Positions 35,038 through 44,817 of a DNA stretch of 64,000 nucleotides are shown here, piece after piece. This DNA comes from Patescibacteria group bacterium. Lineage in GTDB: Bacteria; Patescibacteriota; JABMPQ01; JAHIRA01. Both the position numbers and the translations under genes were made by a program. Position 1 is the stretch's first letter. Each line of letters opens with the position of its first letter. The stretch lies in the NCBI GenBank assembly GCA_018818205.1, contig JAHISJ010000023.1, forward strand, positions 95,103 to 159,102. Reading direction: 5' to 3'. The notes under the pieces were generated by a model, which worked only from the letters and a program-made list of their open reading frames with translations, was not told the DNA's origin and ran no database searches.

Positions 35038-36312
35038 TTGATTAATGAATATCCTCACTTCATGGACTTATTCGACAAAAACATACAGCAGTACGAAAAA
35101 AAAGCTGCACCACTCGCTGATCGCATGCGTCCCAAGACACTCAATGATTTTATTGGTCAAAGCGAGTTAGTTGGGAAGGGAAAGGTGCTGAGACAAATGA
35201 TTGAAGACGATACCATCTCTTCAATGCTTTTTTGGGGTCCACCGGGGTCAGGAAAAACAACACTTGCCAAAATTATTGCAAAAGAGAGTAAAACAACATT
35301 CGTACCGCTCTCTGCAGTTTCTGTTGGGAAAAAGAAGGTTATAGAAGTATGCACTAAAGCATATAATGATCTTAAGTTTTATCAAAAGAGGACAATTTTA
35401 TTTTTGGATGAAATCCATAGGTTTAACAAAGCCCAGCAAGATACCTTTTTACCGTTTGTAGAAAAGGGGATAATCACACTCATTGGAGCAACAACAGAGA
35501 ACCCTTCATTCGAAATCAATAATGCTCTTCTCTCTCGCTGTCAGGTATTTGTGTTTAATACTCATTCCGAAGAGGATATTAGAAAAATACTTTCTCAAGC
35601 GCTAAGTGAATCTGAGTGGGGGCTTGGTACGTTTAATCATACAATCGAGCCTAAGGCACTTGATTTTCTAGCAAATGTGGCGGACGGTGATGCAAGAACC
35701 GCTCTTTCAACACTTGAGCTTGCATCACAGAGCGTAAGGAGTAGTGGAAAAAAGAAAATTACACTGAGTGCTATAGAAGGAGCTATTCAAAAACGTGCAC
35801 TTTTATATGACAAAAAGGGAGAGGAGCACTACAATATCATTTCAGCTCTTCATAAAAGCATGAGAAACTCAGATCCGGATGCTACGCTGTATTGGCTTGA
35901 GCGAATGTTGCAATCGGGTGAAGATCCCAGATATATCTTAAGGAGAATGATCAGGTTTGCCTCAGAAGATGTAGGTCTTGCAGACCCAAATGCACTCACC
36001 GTAGCAGTGTCAGCACTTAGCGCATATGAATGTGTAGGACTCCCTGAAGGGTCGCTTGCACTTGCTGAGTGCGCCGTCTATTTAGCAAAAGCTCCAAAAG
36101 ATAATTCACTGTATGTTGCGGAAAAACAGGTTCAAAAAGATATTAAAGAAAAAGGAGCATTGCCGGTGCCAAAACATATTAGAAACTCACCAACCAAGCT
36201 TATGAAAGATCTGGACTACGGCAAAGGGTACAAATATGCACACGATTTTAAAAACAAAAAAACAGACATGCAGTGTATGCCGGATGAGCTTAAGGGAAAG
36301 AAGTACTTTTAG
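35038..36312 (+). CDS. rarA: replication-associated recombination protein A (AAA+ ATPase RarA/MgsA)
   Basis: FWGPPGSGKTTLAKII Walker A, LFLDEIHRFNKAQQD Walker B/sensor, and the MgsA C-terminal helical domain. Confidence 0.85.
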   Translation: MINEYPHFMDLFDKNIQQYEKKAAPLADRMRPKTLNDFIGQSELVGKGKVLRQMIEDDTISSMLFWGPPGSGKTTLAKIIAKESKTTFVPLSAVSVGKKKVIEVCTKAYNDLKFYQKRTILFLDEIHRFNKAQQDTFLPFVEKGIITLIGATTENPSFEINNALLSRCQVFVFNTHSEEDIRKILSQALSESEWGLGTFNHTIEPKALDFLANVADGDARTALSTLELASQSVRSSGKKKITLSAIEGAIQKRALLYDKKGEEHYNIISALHKSMRNSDPDATLYWLERMLQSGEDPRYILRRMIRFASEDVGLADPNALTVAVSALSAYECVGLPEGSLALAECAVYLAKAPKDNSLYVAEKQVQKDIKEKGALPVPKHIRNSPTKLMKDLDYGKGYKYAHDFKNKKTDMQCMPDELKGKKYF

Positions 36313-36814
36313 TAAGAGGTAACGATCTTGACTACTCATTTTTTTTGAGCCATAACAAAAGGCATTTTACGTTAAGGAGGAGCTGGTGATAAAGTACCAA
36401 AAGACAATTGAAGCATTATCTTTTGTAGAGTATTTAGAGAAAACAAAAAATCCTGAGGAAATTTTTTTGTTTTCTTATGATACACATAGAGCAATTATTA
36501 TTAGCAAAAAACACAATGACTCCAGAAGGCTTTGGCAGAGGGTTTGAAGTTCCACCAAAAAGAAAAGAACCTCACGAAGAATCACTGGATGAAAAAACAA
36601 CACAAGACAAAGAACAGAGAAACGTTGAACAAAAACCGTTTGAGAAGCCAAGGGTTGATTCTAATGACGATGATACGAGTGACGGAGAAGAGAAATAAAG
36701 TATTCATTTTTTGTCATTCCGGACAGTCTTTCTTAAGACTGAGCCGGAATCTCAACGCTTACAGTTTAGTCACAATATTCCTGGATGATATTTAACCAAA
36801 GAATTACGTAATAA

Positions 36815-37252
36815 TTACGTAATTCTTTTGAAATGCTCAACCGCTGGTTTTATATTTGGAGCTACATCTTCTGGCAAATCATCAATAGCAATCCATTGCC
36901 ACTCACGCACATCTCTCCCTGGTGTGATAGTCTCATTTAGTAATTCAGCTTTGTAGTGAAATAAAACGACGTATTCTGTTTTATTTTCTGCACCTCTAGT
37001 AAACGAAATCACAAATGGCTTCCCATCAATTTGAACATCAACACCAAGCTCTTCTTTCACTTCTCTTTTGGCTGTTTCTATCATAGATTCGTCATCGTGC
37101 ATTCTACCGCCTGGGAACTTCCAAAAATTATCGTCTCCGTGTTTATCTAAAAGGACTTTGCTGTCTTGAATAATCACCGGTCCCGAGGCTATTGAAAGAA
37201 GTGTCTTAGTATTTTCAGGATCAATAGAAGGAAATTTGTTAAATTCTATCAT
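36815..37252 (-). CDS. NUDIX hydrolase
   Basis: Nudix box GGRMHDDESMIETAKREVKEELGV (Gx5Ex7REUxEExGU). Confidence 0.75.
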   Translation of the reverse strand: MIEFNKFPSIDPENTKTLLSIASGPVIIQDSKVLLDKHGDDNFWKFPGGRMHDDESMIETAKREVKEELGVDVQIDGKPFVISFTRGAENKTEYVVLFHYKAELLNETITPGRDVREWQWIAIDDLPEDVAPNIKPAVEHFKRIT

Positions 37253-37316
37253 ATTGTTTATTAAGAAGTATATTCTAATGATAGCAAGCTTTTAGACAGT
37301 GAGTCTATCCCGTTCC

Positions 37317-37505
37317 TGTTTTTTTATAAAAAAAATGATATGCGCAGTGCATATCATACTAATATATTTTCTCAAAAGTGTCAGTAATTTTAAAATCTAT
37401 TGATCCTCAAGCAGTGGATTTTCTCCATCATGAACCCATTGCTGTTGTACTTTTCCTGGTTCAAGAGGCTCAGGCTTCCACACCTCTAACCATTCAGCTT
37501 CCTTG
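37317..37505. repeat. direct repeat copy A (~95% identical to 39985..40174): 3' coding end plus terminator of WD40 paralog A
   Basis: Aligned by eye: ~189 bp with ~9 mismatches. Includes the 9-bp palindrome ATGATATGC-GCAGT-GCATATCAT plus a T/A run, which is an intrinsic terminator on the minus strand. Confidence 0.8.
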
Positions 37506-38839
37506 TCGCTAAAATAGCATACCCAATATCCAAGCTCTTCAAGAAAAACAGGAGTGGAGGAGGAAAGATTACCAGTATCGACAGCATAGTGGGCCAATTG
37601 TTTAGTGATTTTGGAGGTGTAATAGTTTTTACCGGGAGTGAATTGAACCAATAATTTAGTTTCAAAATCAAAGAGATAGATGACTCCGTTTTCATTTCCG
37701 GCAACAATTTTTGAACCATCGTCTAAAACATTCCAGCAAAGTATTGATCCTTTTCCTGTTTCAAAGCTTACCTTTCCAATATAAAAGGTATTAGTGGTGT
37801 AATTTTCTGTACGTGGAGGATTTAATGAAGTATTTTCTATATGAGATAGTTCGGTTTTGCTTGCAGTTTTCCCGTCTTTAAGTAATCTTATTTCACGTTT
37901 TTCAGCTACACCGCCTCCATATGTTCTTTGTATACGATGTGTGGATGATGATGTTTTAGCGTCAATCGAGGCTATTTCTACTGGGTCTGTTTTTTGAGCG
38001 TCACCAATATCGATTTCAACTTTATACGTAACAATCGATTTCCCACCCCAACCATGGGTGACCTTCGTCTCATAAGTTACAAAAACTTTTTCCCCAACGA
38101 ATTTTGAGCCTGTGATTTCACCTTCAAAAGGAATGAATAGTATATTCTCTCCATTAAAGCCAAAAATTTCAATAATGCTTTGTTTCTGCCCGTTATGGCT
38201 TGTATCAGTAACGTAAGTATAAAGAAAACTACTATCGTCAGGACAAATTGACAGTTGAGCTCCTGAAACATCTTGGTCTAAGTCATCTTTTGGACAAAAG
38301 CTGTTTTCTCCTGTTTCTAAATTGACAATTTGGAAACCATCTTTGATTTCATATGCTAAAAACTGGTTAGAGGGTGAGATTGCTACAAGGCTGGTCCTCA
38401 CTTTTGGTCTGTGTAAGATTGGCTTGAGAGTATCATCTTGAACTGCAAAAATTTCAATACTATTTCGTGTTACACAACAAATATACTTGTCATTTGACGA
38501 AAAAAATACCCTTGCTTGTTTATGGTAAGAATATTTGCCTGGAATTTCGCTATTATCTTCATTTTTCCTTGCAATTCTTAAAACAGAGAGGCACTTCATG
38601 CTTTTTATGTCAAAAAGCATCAACATACCTCCCTGATTCACAAGAGTGATGTAGCCATGGCTGATTGCAATACCACAAAATCTATAAGCATTTTTAATTT
38701 CGGACTTATTTTGATATTTTTCTTCAATGAGCGGGGAAAGTTCTCTACGATATTCTCGTAAATGACTGTCAGGAATAAATGGGTTTCCATCAGAATAAAG
38801 GGGAATTATCCACTTGGATAATTTTTTTTCTTCTTCCAT
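37397..38839 (-). CDS. WD40-like beta-propeller protein, paralog A
   Basis: Propeller-type repeats (VNQGGMLMLFDIKSMKCLSVLRIA, FSSNDKYICCVTRNSIEIFAVQD). C-terminal 35 aa EAEWLEVWKPEPLEPGKVQQQWVHDGENPLLEDQ are shared with paralog B. Confidence 0.6.
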   Translation of the reverse strand: MEEEKKLSKWIIPLYSDGNPFIPDSHLREYRRELSPLIEEKYQNKSEIKNAYRFCGIAISHGYITLVNQGGMLMLFDIKSMKCLSVLRIARKNEDNSEIPGKYSYHKQARVFFSSNDKYICCVTRNSIEIFAVQDDTLKPILHRPKVRTSLVAISPSNQFLAYEIKDGFQIVNLETGENSFCPKDDLDQDVSGAQLSICPDDSSFLYTYVTDTSHNGQKQSIIEIFGFNGENILFIPFEGEITGSKFVGEKVFVTYETKVTHGWGGKSIVTYKVEIDIGDAQKTDPVEIASIDAKTSSSTHRIQRTYGGGVAEKREIRLLKDGKTASKTELSHIENTSLNPPRTENYTTNTFYIGKVSFETGKGSILCWNVLDDGSKIVAGNENGVIYLFDFETKLLVQFTPGKNYYTSKITKQLAHYAVDTGNLSSSTPVFLEELGYWVCYFSDKEAEWLEVWKPEPLEPGKVQQQWVHDGENPLLEDQ

Positions 38840-38845
38840 GCTTCC

Positions 38846-38932
38846 TCCTTGAAGCGTTTTTCAAACTTCCTCCGTGAAGTTTTTAAAGGATACTGGATTT
38901 ATACAGTATTAGATTAAAAAAGTCAAGACCAA
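38846..38932. repeat. direct repeat copy A' (near-identical to ~41500..41592): promoter/5'UTR of WD40 paralog A
   Basis: On the minus strand: TTGACT-N17-TATAAA promoter (+ strand 38921-38926 / 38898-38903) and AAGGAGG RBS. Matches the copy upstream of paralog B apart from a 4-nt indel and a few SNPs. Confidence 0.75.
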
Positions 38933-39103
38933 AGTACTCAAATAGCGAATTACTTATTTAAGACAAAAGAACAATCACTAGTTTTTACGCGAATGGCTTA
39001 AAAAAAGAAAAAATAAGTTTTATGCAATTCAAATCAACAGTATTGAACTTTAGTAATTTTCAGCTACTTTTCAATCATTGCACCAAAATCTCAAGGAGGA
39101 GAC

Positions 39104-39934
39104 ATGTGTAAATGCGCCCCCATAACTTCAATCGAGGCAATCTCGGTTGAGAAATTAGATGAGCTTTCGACACACGTCAAGGAATGTGACACGTGTCGAG
39201 AAAAACTTATGCAATCAGCAATGACCAGTAGGGATGAATGGTTTGTAGTCAGCATAATCAAATTTACGTTTCAAAGATTAATTTCCTTCTTTAGCAAACC
39301 AACGTGCTTTTGTTATTCTGCTCAAGAGATAAAAGCGTATGGTTCAAAAGAAAATGACTTGAGTGATGAAGAAAAAGCAGCAATGGAGTATCATTTGAGA
39401 ATTTGTAATTGTTGTGCAAAACAGTATGTCCTATTAGATCTTGCTCCGCATAAAGCAGAGTGTGAAGAAATCCATGGATTGATTGATAGTCTGCTTCAAA
39501 ATCATCGGATGCAAGAAGTTGCAACGCATCTTTTATCTTGCAATCGTTGCTTGTTGTACCTTTGCCGGAAAATACGAAATTCTACCGCTTCAGAAGAACT
39601 GTCCTCAGCGAATGTAAAAATTCTGAAGCTCCAAGAACTGAAAGCACACCTAATGTCCTTATTTGTTAAGGAAGGTGATCCTGAACTTGCAGAAATTGCA
39701 GATGGTAAAGTTCAAGATTGTTTCTCAAAAGAAGAACTTGCCAATTGGCTCTTAAGACCTGCTCCTACTCAGTGCGGTGAAAAAATATATCCTTGTTTAA
39801 CCGGAATTTTTGATTCGTATGCATCGGTAGCACTGAGGTTAGGAAAAGATCCAAAAATCTTATCTCAAGAAGAAAGACAATTGATTCGACTTCATTTACT
39901 GTTCTGCGAAGAATGTGTTGAAAAAATAAGTTAA
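39104..39934 (+). CDS. Cys-rich protein with four HxxxCxxC (zf-HC2, anti-sigma-type zinc finger) motifs
   Basis: HVKECDTC, HLRICNCC, HLLSCNRC, HLLFCEEC; AAGGAGGA RBS before the ATG. Transcribed divergently from paralog A. Confidence 0.55.
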   Translation: MCKCAPITSIEAISVEKLDELSTHVKECDTCREKLMQSAMTSRDEWFVVSIIKFTFQRLISFFSKPTCFCYSAQEIKAYGSKENDLSDEEKAAMEYHLRICNCCAKQYVLLDLAPHKAECEEIHGLIDSLLQNHRMQEVATHLLSCNRCLLYLCRKIRNSTASEELSSANVKILKLQELKAHLMSLFVKEGDPELAEIADGKVQDCFSKEELANWLLRPAPTQCGEKIYPCLTGIFDSYASVALRLGKDPKILSQEERQLIRLHLLFCEECVEKIS

Positions 39935-39984
39935 ATCTAGTGAAGAAACACTTCTATCAGAGAAACACCTGTATCCATACAGCG

Positions 39985-40174
39985 TGTTTTTTTTATAAAA
40001 AAAATGATATGCGCAGTGCATATCATACTAATATATTTTCTCAAAAGTGTCAGTAATTTTAAAATCTATTGATCTTCAACCAGTGGATTTTCACCATCAT
40101 AAACCCATTGCTGTAGAGTTTTTCCTGGTTCAAGAGGCTCAGGCTTCCACACCTCTAACCATTCAGCTTCCTTG
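39985..40174. repeat. direct repeat copy B (pairs with 37317..37505)
   Basis: See copy A. Same palindromic terminator and the same last ~35 codons. Confidence 0.8.
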
Positions 40175-41493
40175 CTGTTATGGTATTGAACGTACAAGCC
40201 AACGCTTTCCAAGTAAATCCAGTCGTCTAGAGAATAAGCTTCACTAAATTCTGTGTCTCTAAATAGCCAAAGAAATGAACCAACAATCTCTGAATCATAA
40301 TGACTACTTGTGTAAATAAATTCCTTTGACACGTTGTGCTCTGTATCAAAAAAGTTAATAACACGTTCAGCAAGCCAATGACGATCTAGTCCGCTTGGAT
40401 CATTTTCACTTCCAATAACAATCCTTGAGTAATCTTCGCTAATACCCCAACATATCATAGTATGTTTAGCATTAAATGCTTTTTCCGTTCCCACAATAGG
40501 AACTTTACCAAGTCCATCGTAATGTAACACATCGGTAATAATCCATACCCTAGAAGTATCTTTATACACGTAACCTTCTTGAATAAACTCTAATTTCTCC
40601 TCGTAGTTGTAATAATGCAAAACAATTTTAGGTTCCGCTATTTCTTGCCCATTAAAATCAAGTTCTAATTCATAAAAACGTGTATAGCGTCCATGCTCGT
40701 CCCTTCCGCTTACTCGATTAATGACAATAATCTTTTCTTTATCTTCATCTACTCTTGCTGCTTCAACGAATCCTTCAATAACTATGCTCGCATAAAGCTT
40801 CCCTGTAAAATCAATAATTTCTATAACATTATGGCCCGGCTGAAAGTCATACCCTCTCTCATCGGTAATGGTTCTAAAAGCAAGAATCCTCGTGTCTTCG
40901 TGACATAAGGAAAGGTGGCGTGGAGGATACCACTCTCTTTCTATAAAATGTTTAATAAGCTCATTATTTCCTGTTTTTAAGTCTAACTTACAGTATCCAT
41001 CCCTAACGCGGTACACAAAGAATTGGCTTGAGGATGAAAAAGTATGTGCGCGACATACACAATCTGGATCAGTAAAAATGGGGGTTTGATTTAGTTTATT
41101 GTCTTGAATTTCAAATACTTTAAGATCGTGCGAAATACAGTACAGGTACTGTCCGTTTGGGGAAAATCCAATAGATGCAATTGATTTACGAGAGTCCGGT
41201 AACTCATCTTCTTCTTCACGAGCAACCCTTGACAAAGAAAGGCATTTTTCAGTTTCAATGTCAAAAAGCATTAATATCCCCCCTTTATTTACCACTGCAA
41301 TATGCTCGTTACTCACTGCGATATCACTGAACTCATGTGCTCTAAATATTTTGCCTCGTGGAAATTGTTTTTCATCGAGTACTCTCTTCTTGTCGCTGTC
41401 GTAAGCTTCATTATAACCAATTGTTCGTCTATGAAAATCAAAGGGTTTACCCGTGTAATACAAGGGTATATACCAGCGTGTTATTTCTGTCAT
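40066..41493 (-). CDS. WD40-like beta-propeller protein, paralog B
   Basis: SIGFSPNGQYLYCISHDLKVFEIQD propeller blade. N-terminal ~130 aa resemble paralog A, the middle is diverged, and the C-terminal 35 aa are near-identical. Confidence 0.6.
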   Translation of the reverse strand: MTEITRWYIPLYYTGKPFDFHRRTIGYNEAYDSDKKRVLDEKQFPRGKIFRAHEFSDIAVSNEHIAVVNKGGILMLFDIETEKCLSLSRVAREEEDELPDSRKSIASIGFSPNGQYLYCISHDLKVFEIQDNKLNQTPIFTDPDCVCRAHTFSSSSQFFVYRVRDGYCKLDLKTGNNELIKHFIEREWYPPRHLSLCHEDTRILAFRTITDERGYDFQPGHNVIEIIDFTGKLYASIVIEGFVEAARVDEDKEKIIVINRVSGRDEHGRYTRFYELELDFNGQEIAEPKIVLHYYNYEEKLEFIQEGYVYKDTSRVWIITDVLHYDGLGKVPIVGTEKAFNAKHTMICWGISEDYSRIVIGSENDPSGLDRHWLAERVINFFDTEHNVSKEFIYTSSHYDSEIVGSFLWLFRDTEFSEAYSLDDWIYLESVGLYVQYHNSKEAEWLEVWKPEPLEPGKTLQQWVYDGENPLVEDQ

Positions 41494-41499
41494 CTTGCT

Positions 41500-41592
41500 T
41501 TCTCCTTGAAGCGTTGTTTTTTCAAACTTCCTCCGTGAAGTTTTTAAAAGATACTGGATTTATACAGTATTAGATTAAAAAAGTCAAGACCA
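41500..41592. repeat. direct repeat copy B' (pairs with 38846..38932): promoter/5'UTR of paralog B
   Basis: The same TTGACT-N17-TATAAA (+ strand 41582-41587 / 41559-41564) and RBS block. Confidence 0.75.
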
Positions 41593-41699
41593 ATGCAAGT
41601 GATATTAGCTAAAAAACCTCTTAGATACCTATTATTCTTTAATTCCATTCATACTTATTCACTTGACACGCATCCCCACATAAATTAGCGTAATAACAT

Positions 41700-42650
41700 A
41701 TGAAACCGATGATACACGTAAAAAACCTCTGCAAAAAGTATTCAAGCTTTGAAGCACTCAAAGACATCTCTTTTGATGTTGAGAAGGGAGAGGTTGTTGG
41801 CTTTCTTGGTCCTAACGGTGCCGGGAAGACCACTACTATGCGTATTTTAACTGGCTATCTCCCCATGACCTCGGGTAAAGTCGAAATTGATGGACTTGAT
41901 GTGTATGAAGAATCACTTAAAGTACGCTCAAAGATTGGGTATCTACCAGAGACAACGCCACTGTATATGGATATGACCGTCAAAGAATATGTGTCGTATA
42001 TTGCAGAGCTTAAAAAGATTTCTAAGGAAGAGCGAAAAGAGCAGGTCAAAAAAGCCATGAATGATTGTGGCGTTGGACATATAAAGGACAAACTAATAAA
42101 AACGTTGTCAAAGGGATTTAAACAGCGCGTTGGAATTGCACAGGCACTTGTTGGAAATCCTGAGGTCCTTATCTTGGACGAGCCAACCATAGGTCTTGAT
42201 CCAAACCAGATCGTTGAGATAAGAAATTTGATTAAGGATCTTGGAAAAGAAAAGACGGTTATTTTGAGCACACATATTCTACAAGAGGTAAGTGCCACGT
42301 GTAATAAAGTTATTATTATCAGCGAAGGTAAAATAGTTGCAATTGATTCTCCAGAAAATCTAACCTCCAGACTCTCTGGTGGGATGCGTGTTGATATCAC
42401 CGTAAAGGGACCCGAAAGTGAGATTCGCACCTGCTTAGAAGGGCTTGATGCGATAAAAGAAGTAAAAGAAGCTGGCCAGGAAGGCGGCATTGCAACACTC
42501 AGGGTATTTGCAAAAGAAGGGCAAGACCCACGCGAGGTAATCGCATCAGCAGTGGTAAGAAATGGCTGGGGACTTAAAGAAATGAGACGCGAAGCAGTAA
42601 ACTTAGAAGAGATATTTATGAAGCTTACGAAGGACGATAAAAAATCATGA
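41700..42650 (+). CDS. ABC transporter ATP-binding protein (ABC-2 type)
   Basis: Walker A GPNGAGKTTTMRILTG, signature LSKGFKQRV, Walker B ILDEPT. Confidence 0.85.
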   Translation: MKPMIHVKNLCKKYSSFEALKDISFDVEKGEVVGFLGPNGAGKTTTMRILTGYLPMTSGKVEIDGLDVYEESLKVRSKIGYLPETTPLYMDMTVKEYVSYIAELKKISKEERKEQVKKAMNDCGVGHIKDKLIKTLSKGFKQRVGIAQALVGNPEVLILDEPTIGLDPNQIVEIRNLIKDLGKEKTVILSTHILQEVSATCNKVIIISEGKIVAIDSPENLTSRLSGGMRVDITVKGPESEIRTCLEGLDAIKEVKEAGQEGGIATLRVFAKEGQDPREVIASAVVRNGWGLKEMRREAVNLEEIFMKLTKDDKKS

Positions 42651-43354
42651 ACATCTTTGCCATAATGAAGAGGGAGCTTAAGGCATACTTCTATTCACCA
42701 ATAGCGTATGTTGTTTTTGCTTTGTTTTTGCTTCTCGCTGGTTATTTTTTCTCGATGATTTTGTTACTCTCAAAAGAAGCGTCAATGCGAGCAGCGATGT
42801 ATAATTTTGTTATTACGCTTCTCTTTTTCGCACCACTTATCACTATGCGGCTCTTTGCAGAGGAGAGAAAAACAGGAACGCTCGAGGTGCTCATGACTCG
42901 TCCGGTACGTGACATAGAGGTTGTGCTCGGCAAGTTCTTTGCGGCACTATCACTGTACGCATTAATGCTTGCATCTACCTTGGTATACGTAGGCGTTTTA
43001 GTTAAATACGGCAATCCTGATATGGGACCAATCTGGAGCGGTTACTTAGGTCTTTTTCTCCTTGGTGCATGTTTTATTGCGCTGGGGATCTTTGCATCAA
43101 CTCTTACAGAAAGTCAAATCATTGCTGCTGTTGTTGGTTTTGCGTTTATGTTACTCTTTTGGGTTATTGGATGGCTTTCAGGCACGCTAGGCTTTTCTAC
43201 CGAGAGTATCTTTACCTATATTTCACTCTCTTCACATTTTGATGACTTTGTGAGAGGCATTATCGATTTTAGAGCGGTGATTTATTATCTCTCATTTGTA
43301 GTATTCTTTCTATTTGTCACGGTTAAGTCAATCGAGGTACGAAAATGGAAGTAG
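42647..43354 (+). CDS. ABC-2 family permease
   Basis: Six-TM hydrophobic protein; stop/start overlap with the ATPase gene. Confidence 0.7.
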   Translation: MNIFAIMKRELKAYFYSPIAYVVFALFLLLAGYFFSMILLLSKEASMRAAMYNFVITLLFFAPLITMRLFAEERKTGTLEVLMTRPVRDIEVVLGKFFAALSLYALMLASTLVYVGVLVKYGNPDMGPIWSGYLGLFLLGACFIALGIFASTLTESQIIAAVVGFAFMLLFWVIGWLSGTLGFSTESIFTYISLSSHFDDFVRGIIDFRAVIYYLSFVVFFLFVTVKSIEVRKWK

Positions 43355-44817
43355 ATAACGATAATAAAGATACAATGAAGTCAAAGAAATCAATTGGCTT
43401 TTTTGACAAGCGGTCAACGCAGTATGGAACAAACTCCATTCTTTTGATTGTGGCTGTTTTAGGAATTCTCATTTTAGTAAATTACATTGCGCAAAAAGAA
43501 GTGTATCGTGTAGATGTGACAAAGAATAAGCAATATACTCTTTCTGATCAGACAAAAAATGTCCTAGATCAGGTTGATGAAGAGATAAAAATTATTGCAT
43601 TTTACACGGATAGCACAGGAGCAAAGCAAGAAGTTCAGGATTTGGTAGAAGAGTATAAAGCACTAAATAGCAATATTACTCTTGAGTTTATTGATCCGGA
43701 TAAAAATCCGGGGACGGCTCGTCAATACGGAATTTCACGGTATAATGCAATCATTATAGAAAAAGGTGATAAGTCAGAAGAATTAAGCTCGGCCACAGAG
43801 AGCGAGCTTACCAGCGGAATCTTACGTTTGGTTAAAGATGACACAAAGAAAGTATATTTTTTGACGGGTCATGGGGATAAGAGTGTTACTTCGACAGAGC
43901 AGACCAAAGCGTACGGCATGATAAAAAATGAGCTAGAAAAGCAAATATATACTGTAGAAGAGCTTTCAATTATTTCAACGCAGGGTATCCCAGAAGATGC
44001 AGCAGTAGTTATTCTTGCTGGTCCAACGGTAGAAATTTCTGACAAAGAAAAAGAAGTCATGCGAGATTATATCGTAAACAGAAAGGGTAAAGTACTATTT
44101 CTGTTTGATCCGTTGATCGATACAAGCGCAGGTCTTAATATGGGTGATTTCCTGAATGAATTCGGGCTTGCGTATAAAGACGGTGTTGTTATTGATCAAG
44201 CGCAAGGATATTACGGAGATGCGCTGACGCCAGTTGTTCAAAAAGATGGGTTTGAAAGTCATCAAATTACTCAAAAGCAAGAGCTTGTCTATTTTCCTGG
44301 AGTTTCAAATGCAGGAAAGGCAGAATCAGTTCCGGAAGGATGGGCAGTTACAGAACTTGCCAGATCTACTGCCACTTCATGGTTAGAATCTGATACAACC
44401 AAAACAGAAGTAGGTTTTGGAGAAGGTGATATAGAAGGCCCAGTATCACTTATAGCAGTAGCACAAGAAGTTGTTCCAACAGATCAAAAGGAAGGTGAGG
44501 AAAGTTCAGATGATAAAGATAGCGCACGTATAGTCCTTGTTGGTGATTCTGACTTTGCTCTTGATGCGATCATCGGTTCAGACATTGGTCTTTTTAACCG
44601 CGATCTCTTCTTAAATATGGTTAACTGGCTAACAGCAGATGAAGATTTAATTTCAATTCTACCAAAAGAAGCAGTAACGTCAGAAGTTGCTCTTACTGGA
44701 ACCCAATCAAAAGTAATCTTTTGTCTGATCGTGTTTGGTATGCCCGCCATCTTTGTTGTTGTTGGTATCGTGGTTATTGTGAGACGTAAAAGAAAATCAA
44801 ACAAGGAGCATGCATAA
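43345..44817 (+). CDS. GldG-like ABC-transporter auxiliary protein
   Basis: N-terminal TM helix, a large periplasmic-type domain with GldG-like blocks (NPGTARQYGISRYNAIII, VYFLTGHGDKS), C-terminal TM helix. Confidence 0.55.
   Translation: MEVDNDNKDTMKSKKSIGFFDKRSTQYGTNSILLIVAVLGILILVNYIAQKEVYRVDVTKNKQYTLSDQTKNVLDQVDEEIKIIAFYTDSTGAKQEVQDLVEEYKALNSNITLEFIDPDKNPGTARQYGISRYNAIIIEKGDKSEELSSATESELTSGILRLVKDDTKKVYFLTGHGDKSVTSTEQTKAYGMIKNELEKQIYTVEELSIISTQGIPEDAAVVILAGPTVEISDKEKEVMRDYIVNRKGKVLFLFDPLIDTSAGLNMGDFLNEFGLAYKDGVVIDQAQGYYGDALTPVVQKDGFESHQITQKQELVYFPGVSNAGKAESVPEGWAVTELARSTATSWLESDTTKTEVGFGEGDIEGPVSLIAVAQEVVPTDQKEGEESSDDKDSARIVLVGDSDFALDAIIGSDIGLFNRDLFLNMVNWLTADEDLISILPKEAVTSEVALTGTQSKVIFCLIVFGMPAIFVVVGIVVIVRRKRKSNKEHA

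Noticed and set aside
36532-36795. 87-aa + strand ORF overlapping the acidic ORF and the hairpin region
   Set aside because: Basic, low-complexity translation running through obvious secondary-structure elements. More likely non-coding.
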